From positions 14,947-78,946 of the forward strand of contig NW_021833253.1 of assembly GCF_006345805.1 (NCBI RefSeq): a stretch of 64,000 nt of DNA, read 5' to 3'. The position numbers were made by a program, and so were the translations under genes. Within the stretch, counting starts at the first letter, position 1; the number at the start of each line of letters is the position of its first letter. Below, piece after piece: positions 24,531 through 37,442 of the stretch. This stretch comes from Octopus sinensis. Taxonomy: Eukaryota. Below the pieces are notes generated by a model, which saw only the letters and a list, made by a program, of their open reading frames with translations, was not told where the DNA came from and did not search any database.

Positions 24531-25122
24531 GACACCTCCAGAGACTTTATCTGGTTTTCTCCAATGGTGGCCACTAGTTGGCATGTTTTTTCTTCAGTTT
24601 GTGTACGCACACACCTTGTTGACGTGTCTTTCCACAAAAATTCAGCCTGTGTGTACACACAGACTCACACACACATAATATAATATACATTTGTAGCAGA
24701 TAGGGTAGGGGGGAAGACAAGTTAAAGTTTGAAATGCTGGGATTTGAAACCGAATCCCCATTTTCCCATAAGTCCCACACCTGTTATTCTCTCCTGTAAC
24801 ACTAGGAAATTTATGATAGTATACTGACTTCTTATATATATATATATTATATGTATATATACACTCAACCAAATCAGTTTTCCTTCTCTTTGGTCAAGGG
24901 TGCTTACCGAAAGAGCCTCTAACTTTCCAATTTCAAGTATGGTGTATCAGGCACAACACAAACCTTACTCTTTCTATCTATCTATATTCTATTAGCCTGT
25001 CTCTCTGCAGTGGTTACACACAGATGAAGATAACTAATATACACGATGGACAATACAAAATGGGCCATAGTGGCTAATAACAAGTGTATACAAACAATCC
25101 TACATTGTAACAAACGTAATAA

Positions 25123-25270
25123 TCTTCTAGTATATATGTCACAGTATCTGTGCGTATATTGACTAATGCATACATTTCCGAAGTTTGCGACCGATTTTCT
25201 CCAAACTTAGCACACACATTTGTCATGTCCCAAGGATAGTTATGCACTATAACATTTTGTCCAGAACTCC
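25123..25270 (+). mobile_element. Possible Helitron 5' end
   Basis: A|TC start (tcttctagtatatat) and an internal ccgattttctccaaacttagcacac motif like those of other non-autonomous Helitrons here. Confidence 0.4.
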
Positions 25271-25694
25271 CACGTAATGGACATATTTTTAAAAATCTTT
25301 ATTATAAAAGTGAAAGGATTTTGTCTATTTACTTCGACTGTCCATCTGTGCAGTGACTCAGTCAGGAAAAGGATTTGGATGCTGTTCTGTTTTCATGTAA
25401 ATGTTTGGCTGTTCCAGAGCAACAGCCATGCCATCACCCACGACAATGCTGCAAGCATGCTGGTATGCCTCAAAAGCCATCTCAGAGGCTTCCCAGCGCC
25501 CCTAACTTTTCAAACTAAGGTGGTGAATTGTTTTGGTTTTTCTTTTTCTTTCTCGTTTTCTTTTCAATTTTTTTTCAGTTGTGTTCTTTGTTTTTCCAGT
25601 TTTTTAATTATTGAGCATTATTGAAATAAAAGTGCTTATATAGCAGCAAAAAAAAACGAAAAAAGAAATTTTAAAGATTTATCCAAGAAACCTT

Positions 25695-27385
25695 ATTTAG
25701 CTGAAATTTCGGATCTGTTCAGTTTCGCGTATGGATTTCTTAAATTTTTTAACTAAACAGTTTGAAACTTCATATATACTGGTGGAATTTCTCACCCATT
25801 ACATGTGTAAGTAATACGATCGCACGTGATCGCATTCTTAACGAATTAAGATAAGCCATTAGTACAATTTTATACAATGCAGTGCCAACAGAATTTAGAT
25901 GAATTGACGACGAGCCGTTCCACCGTTTGAGAGATGATATTATTTTATTTACAATGGGTTAATGTTAGAAGGTTGTGAGGGCTAGCAAGCGTTGTGTATG
26001 TGCATGCAACACGTGTTTGTGTCTGTGTGTTCGTGTGTGTGACAGATACAATAAGGGTGAATGCGTGTGGCATAGTAGGTACAGAGCATAGAGTTAATGG
26101 TGGAAATTGATTTACTGTTCATGAGGTACACGAAGCGTAAGAGTTCAATATCAAGATGTTGTGTCTCGGAGCTGAGATTAGTTGAATCACTTGTTGTGCT
26201 TATCTTTCTCTTGATATAGATATTCTTTCAGATATATATACTGCAACTGGTTTCCGTGGTGAGATTTTCACCTAACAGCATGAGTTGAATCTGTAGTTAT
26301 CTTGTGTACAAGTTAAATCTTCGTAGATAGAGACGATGTTGGCGATGACGTTATGTCTGTCGCTTGGTTTACTATAGCGTCTTCATATCATTTTTGCTTG
26401 GTTATTTTTCTCTTGATATAGATATTCTTTCAGATATATATACTGCAACTGTTTTTCCGTGGTGAGATTTTCACACTAACAGTATGAGTTGAATCTGTGA
26501 AGTTGGTGTGTACATGTCTGAAGTGGACGATGGTGATGGCGACTTGAAGTTGGTACAATGATGGTGACGACGGTGGCGGAGATAGAAATTGGTTTTCTGT
26601 TGGTTGCGGGTGTACATTAGCGTCGTCGTGGCTGATCGTCTGTCGCTGTGACTGGAACATGTTGAGTAAGCTCTGTGGTCAGAGCTTAGCCCTTATAAGG
26701 ACTGGAACCAAAGACGCAAGTATACTGAAAACACTCCCTTATATACAAGTAAGGTGGCTCAACAGAGCCTAGGAAATGGGACCTTAACCAAAGGCCGTGA
26801 TTGGTTGGCTTTGGCCAGTGGCGCGAAGTAAGTAGGGAGAAAGACCGCGCTTAGATGCCAACCAATCAAAATAGTGGACACAACAGGGCTAAACTAGCCA
26901 AAGATGTTTGTAATCTCAAACGAGATCATTCTTAATATTTCTCTCAAACGGTGAAGATAGCAATGAAGAAAACAATATTGCTACACATGCTTTACTTTGA
27001 ACATTTTTGACAAAATTCCGTATTTTAGAAGTCATTTCGTGTTAAAGTTGTCATATTTGGGTAACTCAGACCAATCAATGGCGTGTATTCAGTTGAAGAA
27101 AGCTACTGCTGTTTGCGATAAAACTGATAAAGGTGGCACCGTCTCCGCTCAACATACAAATAGAACAGAGCTGTGACATTTAGTAGAGATGACCCAGAAA
27201 TTGTTCCTTTTCTATTACTATCGCAAATTTAATATGAAATAACTTCTAAAATAGATAATTTTGTCAAATATGTTCAAAGTAAACCATGTTCTAGGTGAGA
27301 AATTCCACTGGTATACAAAGTTTCAAACTCTTTCGTTAAAATAGATTAATAAAAAAAATCTGAGCCAAATTCAGCTGATCCATTA
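25695..27385. mobile_element. MITE with ~100-bp diverged TIRs, carrying an internal insertion
   Basis: gtttgaaacttcatatatactggtggaatttctcacc (~25760-25797) versus ggtgagaaattccactggtatacaaagtttcaaac (~27294-27328). Confidence 0.6.
25920..26990 (-). mobile_element. LTR-like repeat (CCAAT, TATA, polyA signal on minus), related to 58610-59570
   Basis: Both copies share ...accaatca(a)aatagtggacacaacagg and the same layout. There is an internal ~90-bp direct repeat at 26205-26293 and 26407-26498. Confidence 0.45.
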
Positions 27386-28733
27386 TTTTTAGCACAAGAC
27401 AATTGTATCTCTGGTAATTTTCTTTCATGTAAATAAATATTTACGTTAATTTAAAAGATTTTCCAAATTCGTTGTACGTACATAGTTTCTTTGTATGTAG
27501 GGTCTTCCATACTTTCTTCATATATATATTATATATATTGGCATATATTGGCATTAGAGAATATTTTTGACTGTGATTAAACTGACTAGGAACATTGTAC
27601 GTGATGAATATCCATACAATCTTAATCTCCGTATATAAGCTGCATTAAACTGAGGCAAGCTTACATTTACCTATTCTGTGTTACTTGAAAGGTGACGTTC
27701 TTTTTCCTCTCTTCTATTTGTTAATAAGTTTGTTTACCTACTACTGTATTGTTTCACTTGAAGAATGCTTATTTACCCATCCATTATAATATTTCGACTG
27801 TTGTCCATTGTCTCAAATATGTTTTAGCATCGTCATTCTAGCCTTATTTAAACAATCACATTTGATTCGCCCCAAAGAATCAACCTTTAAATAAGAGTTT
27901 TGCTTTCACTAGCAAAAGTTATAGGTATCTTTCAGAAAGCTCCATACCAATTTCACTTTATGGGCAGGATATGTGGGAAGAGAGAATAAAGGGGATTTTG
28001 TGGACTTAGAATAGAATCGATAACCACTTGGTACACTAAAACCAACTTTCCTTCCCCGGATAATACAAGCATTCCACCTAAAAAGAGAGAACGCATTGGG
28101 AGAAAGTCTTCTGCAGCAGCGCTGGCAAACAAAGAATACTAAAGACCAGAGGTCCTGTACACTGTTGAAAAGAGCTGCAACTACTCCAGGGCTGCGTGAA
28201 ACTTATCGAGAGCGTGCTGCTACAGCAACGACCGTAGAAAGCCCACAAAAGAGTGCTCTCTGTCAGGCACACAACACTGCATCCAATTCTGCCATCAGGG
28301 CCTCAGGAGAGCGCGCTATCCGTCGGGCTCACAACGATGCATACACTTCTGCCATGAGGGCCTAAGAAGCCTCAGAAGAGGGTGCTATCCATTAGGCACA
28401 TAATGCTTCGTTCACTTCTGCCATGAGGGCCTAAGAAACCTCAGAATAGAGTGCTATCTGTCGGGCTCACAACGCTGCATTCACTTTTGCTACGAGGGCA
28501 TTAGAAGCCTCAGAAGAGAGTGCTACCGTCGGGATAACATCGCTGCATCCACACCTGCCAAGAGGGCCTAAGAAGCCTCAGAAGATAGTGCTATCCATTC
28601 GCCACATAATACTGCATCCACCTCTGACATGTGTGCCTAAGAAGCCTAAGAAGAGGGTGCTATCCGTCGGGCACACATCGCGGCATACACTTCTGCCATT
28701 AGGGCGTAAGAAGCCACAGAAGAGAGTGGTATC

Positions 28734-31700
28734 TGTTATATAATCATCACAACAAACATGAACAATCAACGTCGCCCATTGTCTCCCTTGATAAAAGGAC
28801 TTTCACTTTGTTTCCCGCCAAAACAATTAACTTGTACAACAACGGCAGTCGAATAAAGTATCTTGTATCGTCAACACGTTGTTTCAGTCTCTCTCATTTT
28901 CTTAATCTTTCATACTAAATACTCACTACTTCCTTTAATACACAATAATTATATTTATATAACAACAACATGGTGTCAGAATACTAAAAGAACCCAAAAT
29001 ACAGAAACCAAAGGAAAAAAGAAGTTGAAATCATACTTCAAAGACGAAATGGAAAATTTACCGCATCCAAAAGACCTAGACTTTAATCAGGAAAATCTAG
29101 CCGCAGCATGGAAAAAGTGGAAAAAAGAATTCAATCTCTTTTTGATAGCAACAGAAAGTGACATGAAGCCAGACAAAGTAAAAACTTCAATGTTTTTAAC
29201 TTGCATCGGTTCTAAAGGCCGAGATATCCATTCCACACTGGATTTCGATTCACTCGACGAAGAAATGAACCTTCAGACAGTAATCGAAAAATTCGATGCA
29301 TATTGTGAACCCAGGAAAAACATAACTTTCCTAAGACACAAATTCTTCACATGTGGACAAGCGGAACATCAAAAATTCGATGAGTACGTAGTAGAGTTGC
29401 GCCAAAAGGCACAACAGTGCGAATTCGGCAACCCACAGACAGTCTCACCAAAGATATTCTGATATGTGGAATCAGAGACATGAGATTAAGAGAAAGATTA
29501 TTGAGAGAACCAAATTTAGACCTACAAAAAACAATTCAAGCAGGTCAGAGTGCAGAGCAAACACGACTCCAATCAAGGATGCTAAATGCCACATCCGAAA
29601 CAAGAGATAACGAAATCTCGAGGGTATATAGTCAACACGACAGAAAAGGCGCCAAAACCCAAATAACCCGCCATATGCAATCCAGACATCAAAAACGACA
29701 AGGCGGAAGTGACAGAAAGCCCGCGAAGTTTCAAGCGCCAAGTCAACACTACGTCACTAACTGTCACTATTGTGGTTATAATCACAAAAGAAATAAATGC
29801 CCAGCATTTCACAAGACATGTGAAAAATGCAAGAAACAAGGACACTATGCAAAAATGTGCAAATCAAGAAAATTTGTACATAAAGTAGAGATACATACCG
29901 ACGATGAATCAGATGACGATACACATGCACTCGAAATGATCACTGCAAATAATTCCCGCGTGCACAAAATCGAAAAGTTCAAGACTCCAAAAGACATTTG
30001 GACGGTCGAACTAAAAGTGAACAACTCGAATGTAACATTCAAAATAGATACAGGAGCAGACGTAACCGTACTGCCATTCAGAGAATATAGAAATATAATT
30101 CCAAAACCACAACTGCAAAAAACTTCAACTCGATTATCAGCTTATAATAACACAGCTATAAAAGTGCTAGGAAAATGCACAGCAGTCATAAATACAAAGA
30201 ATTATCAAAGCAAATAAAATTCATTGTTGCAAAAACAAACTCGCACGCAGTTATAGATGCAAAGACAGCTAAAGATCTGAACCTGATTCAGAGAATTTCA
30301 AAAATAAATTCGTCGAACACAAAAGACATATTAGAAAAATATGAAGACTGTTTCGGAGAAATCGGCACTTTGTCAATAACACATCATATCACAGTGGATC
30401 CACAAATAACTCCTGTAATTCATCCACCAAGATCGGTTCCTTTTTCTATAAAAGAAAAACTCAACAAAGAATTAAAAAGAATGACAGAATTAGATATCAT
30501 AAAACCTGTTAGTGAACCTACAGACTGGGTAAATTCCCTAGTCATCGTTGAAAAACCAACGGAAAACTCCGACTCTGTTTAGACCCCAAGAATCTAAACA
30601 AAGCCATAAAAAGGCAACATTTCAAACTCCCTACAGCGGAGGACATTTTTGCACAAATGCATAACCCTAAATATTTTTCAAAACTCGATGCATCTAATGG
30701 ATACTGGCAAATTCCAGTTGACGAAGAAAGCTCCCATCTTTTAACGTTCAACACACCTTTTGGAAGGTATCGCTTCACACGACTACCCTTTGGAATTCAC
30801 AGCGCCAGTGAAGTTTTCCAAAAAGAAATTTCAAAAATAATAGAGGGCATAGAAGGAGCAAGAAATTCACAGGATGACATCATAATCTGGTCCAACACTT
30901 TAGAAGAACACACAAATAGACTACAACAAGTTTTCGATCGAATCCGAAAGCACGGATTAAAGTTAAATAAATCAAAGTGTATCTTCTATGAATCACAAAT
31001 CAAGTACCTTGGGCATATATTAACCAGCGAAGGGATAAAACAAGATCCAACCAAGGTACAAGCAATCATTCACATGCCACTGCCAACAAGTAAAAAAGAA
31101 TTACAAAGATTCCTAGGTATGACAAATTACCTATGTAAATTTTTATCTAATTACTCCGAAGTCACAGCACCATTGCGCCAGCTTCTACAGAGTGACACGT
31201 TATGGTCATTCGACAAACCACAAATCGAAGCAATAAAAAAGCTAAAAGAAATGATTACCAGAAAACCAGTGCTACAATTTTATGATCCAGATCTACCAAT
31301 AAAAATAACTACAGATGCTAGTAAGCATGGGCTCGGAGCGATACTTGAGCAGAAACACAACGAAAGATGGCTACCTGTTTCGTTTGCATCTCGTGCAACA
31401 ACTCAAGCGGAACAAAACTACTGTCCGATAGAGAGCGAAGCTCTCAGTATAGTTTTCGCATGCAAGAAATTTCATCAGTTTATATACGGAACTCATTTCA
31501 GAATCGAAAATGACCATAAACCGTTGAAGCAAATATTCAAAAAATCGATCACTAAATGCCCCCCCAGAATCCAAAGATTTCTACTAACATTACAAAGATA
31601 TGATTTTGACCTAAACCACATACCTGGTAAAGAATCAATTGTTGCAGATACCCTATCACGTGCATACCTTGAGCAAAATACTCCAGAAGTATCAGACGAA

Positions 31701-33255
31701 GATATGAAATCGCACATTCATGCAGTAATAAAAAATTACCCCATAACCGACACTAAATTAAAAGAGTATAAAGAAGCCACTGCAGACGACCCGTCTCTAC
31801 AGACACTCGTCACATATACAAGAACAGAATGGCCCCCAAAAGACAAAATACCAATAAACATCAAACCATTCGTATCCGTTCGTGATGAAATATCAATCGT
31901 CAATGGTCTCGTTCTAAAAGGTTCAAGAATAATTGTACCTAAGTCATTACGTAGAGAAGCTCTACAGGAAATACATACCGGACACATGGGTATCGAAAAA
32001 TGCATAGAGAGAGCGAAGGAATGTATATACTGGCCCGGCATTAACGCTCAAATCAAAGACATGATTAACACATGCTCATACTGCATTGACTACAAAAATC
32101 AACAAGCAGCCGAACCACTAATAAATCATGAAATACCTACTACACCATGGACCAAAGTGGGTACAGACGTATTTCACCTGTCTGGAAATTCGTATGTCAC
32201 AATTATTGACTATACAACAAGATTTTTTGATCTACACGAAATAAATGATTGCCAGTCAAAAACCGTAATCAAAAAATTAAAAGAAACTTTTGCTAAATTC
32301 GGAATTCCGCAAACAGTTGTAAGTGACAACGGTCCAGAATTCAATTCGGCTGAATTCAAAAAATTTGCAAAAAATTGGCATTTTCATCACACGAAGACAA
32401 GCCCGCATTATCATCAAGCGAATGGCATGGTTGAGAGAAATATACAGACAATAAAAAAGACGCTAAAAAAGGCATTCAAAAGTGACGAAGAACCTCAGTT
32501 AGCGCTCTTAGCATTACGCACGACTAAATTACAAAATGGTGCACCATCCCCTGCAAATCAAATAATGAATAGAACATTGCGAACAAATCTCCCAAACATA
32601 CTACACGACAAAATTGGTATCAGGCCTCACGAAAAGAAGAAATCAAACATTACAACAGAACTCCCAGAGTTAAAACCACACGACACGGTTAGAATTAAGT
32701 TTAACAACAATTGGTTTAGAAGGGGCAAAATAATTAAAAAACTAGAGCAACCTCGTTCATACTTAGTAATAACAGAGGAAGGAAATACAGTCAAACGAAA
32801 TAGACAACATATTCTTAAAACAAACGAACACGTTCGCATAACAGAAGAATTAGATTATGAAAATATATTTCCAAAGTCAACAAACACGCATGAAAAAACA
32901 AAAACAGCACAACTACAGAATTCAACACTACAAAATAATAAAACCACAAAAAGTGGACTACGAATAATTATTCCCTGTAGATACAGATGATAAAAAAAAA
33001 GAAAAAAAAAAGGAAGATGTTATATAATCATCACAACAAACATGAACAATCAACGTCGCCCATTGTCTCCCTTGATAAAAGGACTTTCACTTTGTTTCCC
33101 GCCAAAACAATTAACTTGTACAACAACGGCAGTCGAATAAAGTATCTTGTATCGTTAACACGTTGTTTCAGTCTCTCTCATTTTCTTAATCTTTCATACT
33201 AAGTACTCACTACTTCCTTTAATACACAATACATTATATTTATATAACAACAACA
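28734..33255 (+). mobile_element. Young full-length Ty3/Gypsy LTR retrotransposon
   Basis: LTRs 28734-28970 and 33018-33255 (TG...CA) differ at only 3 positions by eye. TSD GTATC at 28729-28733 and 33256-33260. PBS TGGTGTCAGAA at 28971 (tRNA-Leu-like). PPT before 33018. Confidence 0.97.
29049..32990 (+). pseudogene. gag-pol polyprotein (gag CCHC, protease, RT, RNase H, integrase) broken by three frameshifts
   Basis: CHYCGYNH...CEKCKKQGHYAKMC, FKIDTGAD, KLDASNGYWQ/QDDII, TDASKHGLG/ENDHKPL/ADTLSR, H..H..C..C zinc finger and SDNGPEF. Frame changes occur near 29430, 30200 and 30560. Confidence 0.92.
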
Positions 33256-33975
33256 GTATCCATCGGGAACACAATGTTGCATCCACTTCTGCCATGAAGG
33301 GCGAAGAAGCCTTAGAGGAGAGTGCTAAACGTCGGCCACACAATGGTGCATTCACTTTTGCTATAAGGATCTAAGATGCCTCAGACGAGAATGCTATCCT
33401 TCGGGCACACAACAATGCATCCACTTCTGCCATGAGGGCCGAAGAAACCTCAGAAGATAGTGCTATCCGTCGTGCACACAACGATGCATCTAATTCCGCC
33501 ATGAACCTATGAAACCTCAGAATAGAGTGCTATCCTTCGTGCACGCAATGCTGCATCCACTTTTGCCATGAGGATCTAAGAAGCCGGAGAAGGGAGTGCT
33601 ATTTGTCGTCCACACAACGATGCATCCCCTTCTGCCATGTGGAGGTAAGAAGCCTTAGAAGGGAGTGCTATCCTTCTTCCACACAACGATGCATCCACTT
33701 CTGCCATGAGGGCCGAAGAAGCCGAAGAAGATAGTGCTATCCGTCTTGCACACATCGATGCATAACCTTCTGTCATGTGGACGTAAGAAGCCTCAGAAGG
33801 GAGTGCTATCCGTCGTCCACAACTATGCGTCCATTTGTGCCATGAGGACATAAGAAACCTTAGAAGCGAGTGCTATCCCTCGTGCACACAACGATGCATC
33901 CACTTCTGCCATGAACCTATGAAGCCTCTGATGGGAGTACTATCCGTCGGGCACACAATGCTGCATCCACTTTTG

Positions 33976-34529
33976 CCATGTCGTCAGCATAGAGGAGCTT
34001 CCAGGGGCATCCTATCTTGAACCCCTCCGTTATTGCCTGGAGGATTATGATAAATAGGAGGGGGCTAAGGACTGAACCTTGGTGGACCCCTACCTCTACC
34101 CTGAATTCTTCAGTGTACTCGTTGCCAACCCTTACCTTACATACAGCGTCCCTGTACATAGCTTGCACATCTCTCATTAACCATTCATCTATCCCTAGTT
34201 TCCTCATTGACCACCAGATAAGTGATCAGGGGACCCTGTCAAAGGCTTTCTCCAAGTCAACGAAAGTCAGGTACAGAGGTTTATCTTTGGCTAGGTATTT
34301 CTCCTGCAACTGTCTTACCAGAAATATAGCATCTGTGGTGCTTTTCCCTGGCACGAAACCAAGCTGCATCTCATCCAAGCTGACTCTCTCCCTAATCAGT
34401 TGGGCTATGACCCTCTCTGTGACATTCATTACCTGATCCAATAACTTGATACCTCTGTAATTATTCGCATCTAAAGCGTCACCTTTACCTTTGTAGCAGT
34501 TGACTATTATGCTGCTATACCAGTCATTG
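33976..34529 (-). mobile_element. RTE LINE RT fragment (outer element, 3' part)
   Basis: FVDLEKAFDRVP, VGVHQGSVLSPLLF, LLYADD. Confidence 0.88.
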
Positions 34530-35651
34530 ACTTGAAGTTGAACTTGAGACAACATTCACCCGGGGTGGGTTGAGCTGGCTTCATTCATCCTCAATGCTGC
34601 ATCTCTCACAAACGCCGACCAGGCCTGGCGATTTGAGGCTAACGACAGCGTGATCTTCAACCACTCCTTATTCCAGCAGCGAACGCCGTAGATATGGGGG
34701 CCTAGGTTGGGTTTCAGATGAGCCTTGACTGTCATCAGCCATGTTTTTCGTTGTCCACCACATCGCTTTTGCCAACCCTGAAGGGGAGCTGGGGCAATTG
34801 CTTCGTAGATGAATTCTCCTGGAGAATCGTTCGCACTAGTGCTTGGTAGATCCGTACTTTGGTAGTGCGTCGGATCTCAGATCTTGACCAGAGTCGTGCA
34901 TTGAGTCGGTTGAAGGCTTGGCGAGCGAGGTCGATTCGTGTTTTAATGTCAGCCTCACCTTGACCTGTGGCTGTAATGATGGCGCCAAGGTATTTGAAAC
35001 TCTCAACCTCTTCAAGAATATCACCATTGAGGACAATGGGTGTTTTGTCTGGTGGGGCGAAGCCGGCTGTGAGGATTTTGGTCTTCAAGGCCTTGACTTT
35101 CATACCAATCTGCGATGCAACACGCTGGGGCTCATTGATAGCAAACTGGACGTCAGCTAATGTTTCGCCAAGTATCGCAATGTCATCTGCGTAGTCTAGA
35201 TCCTTGACTGAAACGTTGTGACCAACAGTGATACCGGGGAACTCCCTTAATGCATTTGTGGTGATCCAGTCGATGGCGTAATTGAAAAGAGTTGGCGAAA
35301 GAACACATCCTTGTTGAACCCCAGACCGTATTTCGAAGGGTTCCGACACTTCACCGTCCACGCGTAGGCGGGATCGTGTTATGCGGTAATAATCTTTGAT
35401 AAGATTGAAATGTTTAGGTGGGATACCATCTGCCTGAAGACCTTCCAGAGGGTGTCACGATCGACAGAGTTGAATGCAACAGCAAAATCAACAAAGCAGA
35501 TGACTGTTTTTTGCTGAAAGCACCAACGGTGTTCGAGGATTCGTCTTAGGGTGAAGATTTGATCGGTGCAACCTCGACTTGGACAGAAACCACACTGGTT
35601 TGGTCTTGTTCTAGAGTCATGTTCTGATTGGAATCGTCTCAGAAGAAAGAA
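34530..35651 (-). mobile_element. Different RTE-type LINE, 5'-truncated, nested in the outer RTE; (TTCAAG)n-like tail
   Basis: SGVQQGCVLSPTLF, DLDYADD and FKYLG (ORF 34735-35361). The flanks cagtcattg|ggtatgac rejoin as in the 43100 copy. Confidence 0.85.
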
Positions 35652-37100
35652 GGTATGACTCCTTCGTGTATCACCTGGTTAACTATACGGGTGACTAGGC
35701 TATAGCCGACACTGCCAGATATTTTGAGCATCTCTGCAGTAATTCCTGATGGGCCGGGGGCTTTCCCTGCCTTCATACTTTTAATTGCTTTATCTATCTA
35801 GGTACTGTCAACTCAGATAGCTGGTCCCTCTGTTGGGTCGACATTCAGCAGACTCTCTTTATCCCATTCATTCTCTTTATTCAGCAACCTTTCATAGTGG
35901 CATCTCCAAACCTCTCTCTTTGCATCCTCATTCAGCACAAGTGAACCATCATCCATGCGAACACATTTCTTTCCTACCACATCACGATTCTCACTGACAC
36001 ACTGTCTTGCAACACGAAATACCTCAAGTCTTTCGTCCTCACGGCACAGAACATTGGCAAATTTTTTCTTATCTGCTTCCCCTCTAGCTAAATAAACCTG
36101 TCTCCTAGCTTCCATTCTGGCAGTCTGATACACTTCCCTGCTACCACTGTTCTTCCAGTCCTTCCAAGCCTGTTTCTTTTCTCTAATAGCCCTGTCAACA
36201 ACATTGTTTAACCACCACGTTATTTTGGGTCTTGAGGGGACTTTGCACCATCCACAGATCTGGTCAGTGGCTCTCAGCATGTTGTCCCGTAGAAACCTCC
36301 AGTTGTCTTCCACATTATGTGAAGCTATATCCCCTTCTATTTCGTCAAAGGCTTCGAGTAATATGTCTCTAAATCTTTGTCCATTTTCAGGATCTTTAAG
36401 TCTCCAGACCCTTCTTCTCCTTGCTGGTCGTTTTCTGGGCATCCATTTAGCCCTGATCCTGAAGTCACTGACTACCAGTCTATGTTGTGGGGTACATTCT
36501 TCACCAGGGAAGGTTTTGGCATTTATACAAGGATGTAGTCAATTTGGCTAGTATGTCGGCCCGATTGGTAGGTGACTAGGTGACTAGAAGGTTTCCTGAA
36601 GTTAGCATTGCAAATCATAAGATCATTTGCATCACAGAAGTCCAGCAGTCTGGTTCCCTCCTCGTTGTGGGAACCATAACCATAGCCTCCATGTACGCCG
36701 AATAATGAGATACATACATGATGGCTGCCAATTTGTGTTCGAGTATTGTCATCGCCTGAACGAAATTCCATTATATGTGATACTCGTACATAACTGTTCA
36801 GTCCAGCCAAAGATCTAAATTCTTTATGACACTGTTGGTAAGTGTGAATGACATTGGAGCTCTTTTGCGATTCATCCTTGCTGTGCATATTCATATGGCG
36901 CTTGAGTTCTCACGAGGAGGCACACTCCTTTCTACAAACTTGCCCATTTCATACTCAGGTGTAGCTGGCAACCGCTTTTTTAAGATGACTGCATTGATGG
37001 CCTTTCAATCCCACCAAACTGAGGCAAATATGCCCACAGTCATTATAAATCCCTTCATTTCTTCAAGGAAATTCTGATAATGGCTAAGGGTATCCTTTCC
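35652..37100 (-). mobile_element. RTE LINE (outer element, 5' part with APE endonuclease remnant)
   Basis: HGGYGYGSHNEEGTRLLDFC, SQIDYILV, QHRLVVSDF, RRVWRLKDP. Confidence 0.85.
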
Positions 37101-37119
37101 TAGAATTTCTTTTATTTTT

Positions 37120-37442
37120 CAGATACATACATACACATATGCATACGTGCATACATACATACATACATACATACATACATACATACAAACATACATACAT
37201 ACATACATAAATACATACATACATATGTACATGCATACATCATACATATATACATACATACAAAAGTACAAACGTACATGCATACATACATACACATATG
37301 CATACGTGCATACATACATACATACATACATACATACATAAATGCATACATACATATGTACTTGCATACATCATACATATATACATACAAACGTACATGC
37401 ATACATACATACATGCATGCATGCATGTATGTATGTATGCAT
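37120..37442. repeat. (TACA)n compound microsatellite
   Basis: Seen directly. Confidence 0.95.

Larger units (their letters stand above)
28071..33975 (+). repeat. 69-bp (23-codon) tandem array of ~18 units, STPR-like, probably a decayed Helitron RepHel N-terminus; split by the Gypsy element at 28734-33255
   Basis: Anchor gctatc recurs at 28315, 28384, 28453, 28522, 28590, 28659 and 28728 (variant ggtatc). A unit translates as EASEESAIRRAHNDASTSAMRA*. The array is preceded by (M)PPKKRERIGRKSSAA. Confidence 0.85.

Noticed and set aside
28240-33975. 69-bp array as a CRISPR-like locus
   Set aside because: The units are contiguous with no unique spacers and keep a codon period. The context is eukaryotic and there are no cas genes.
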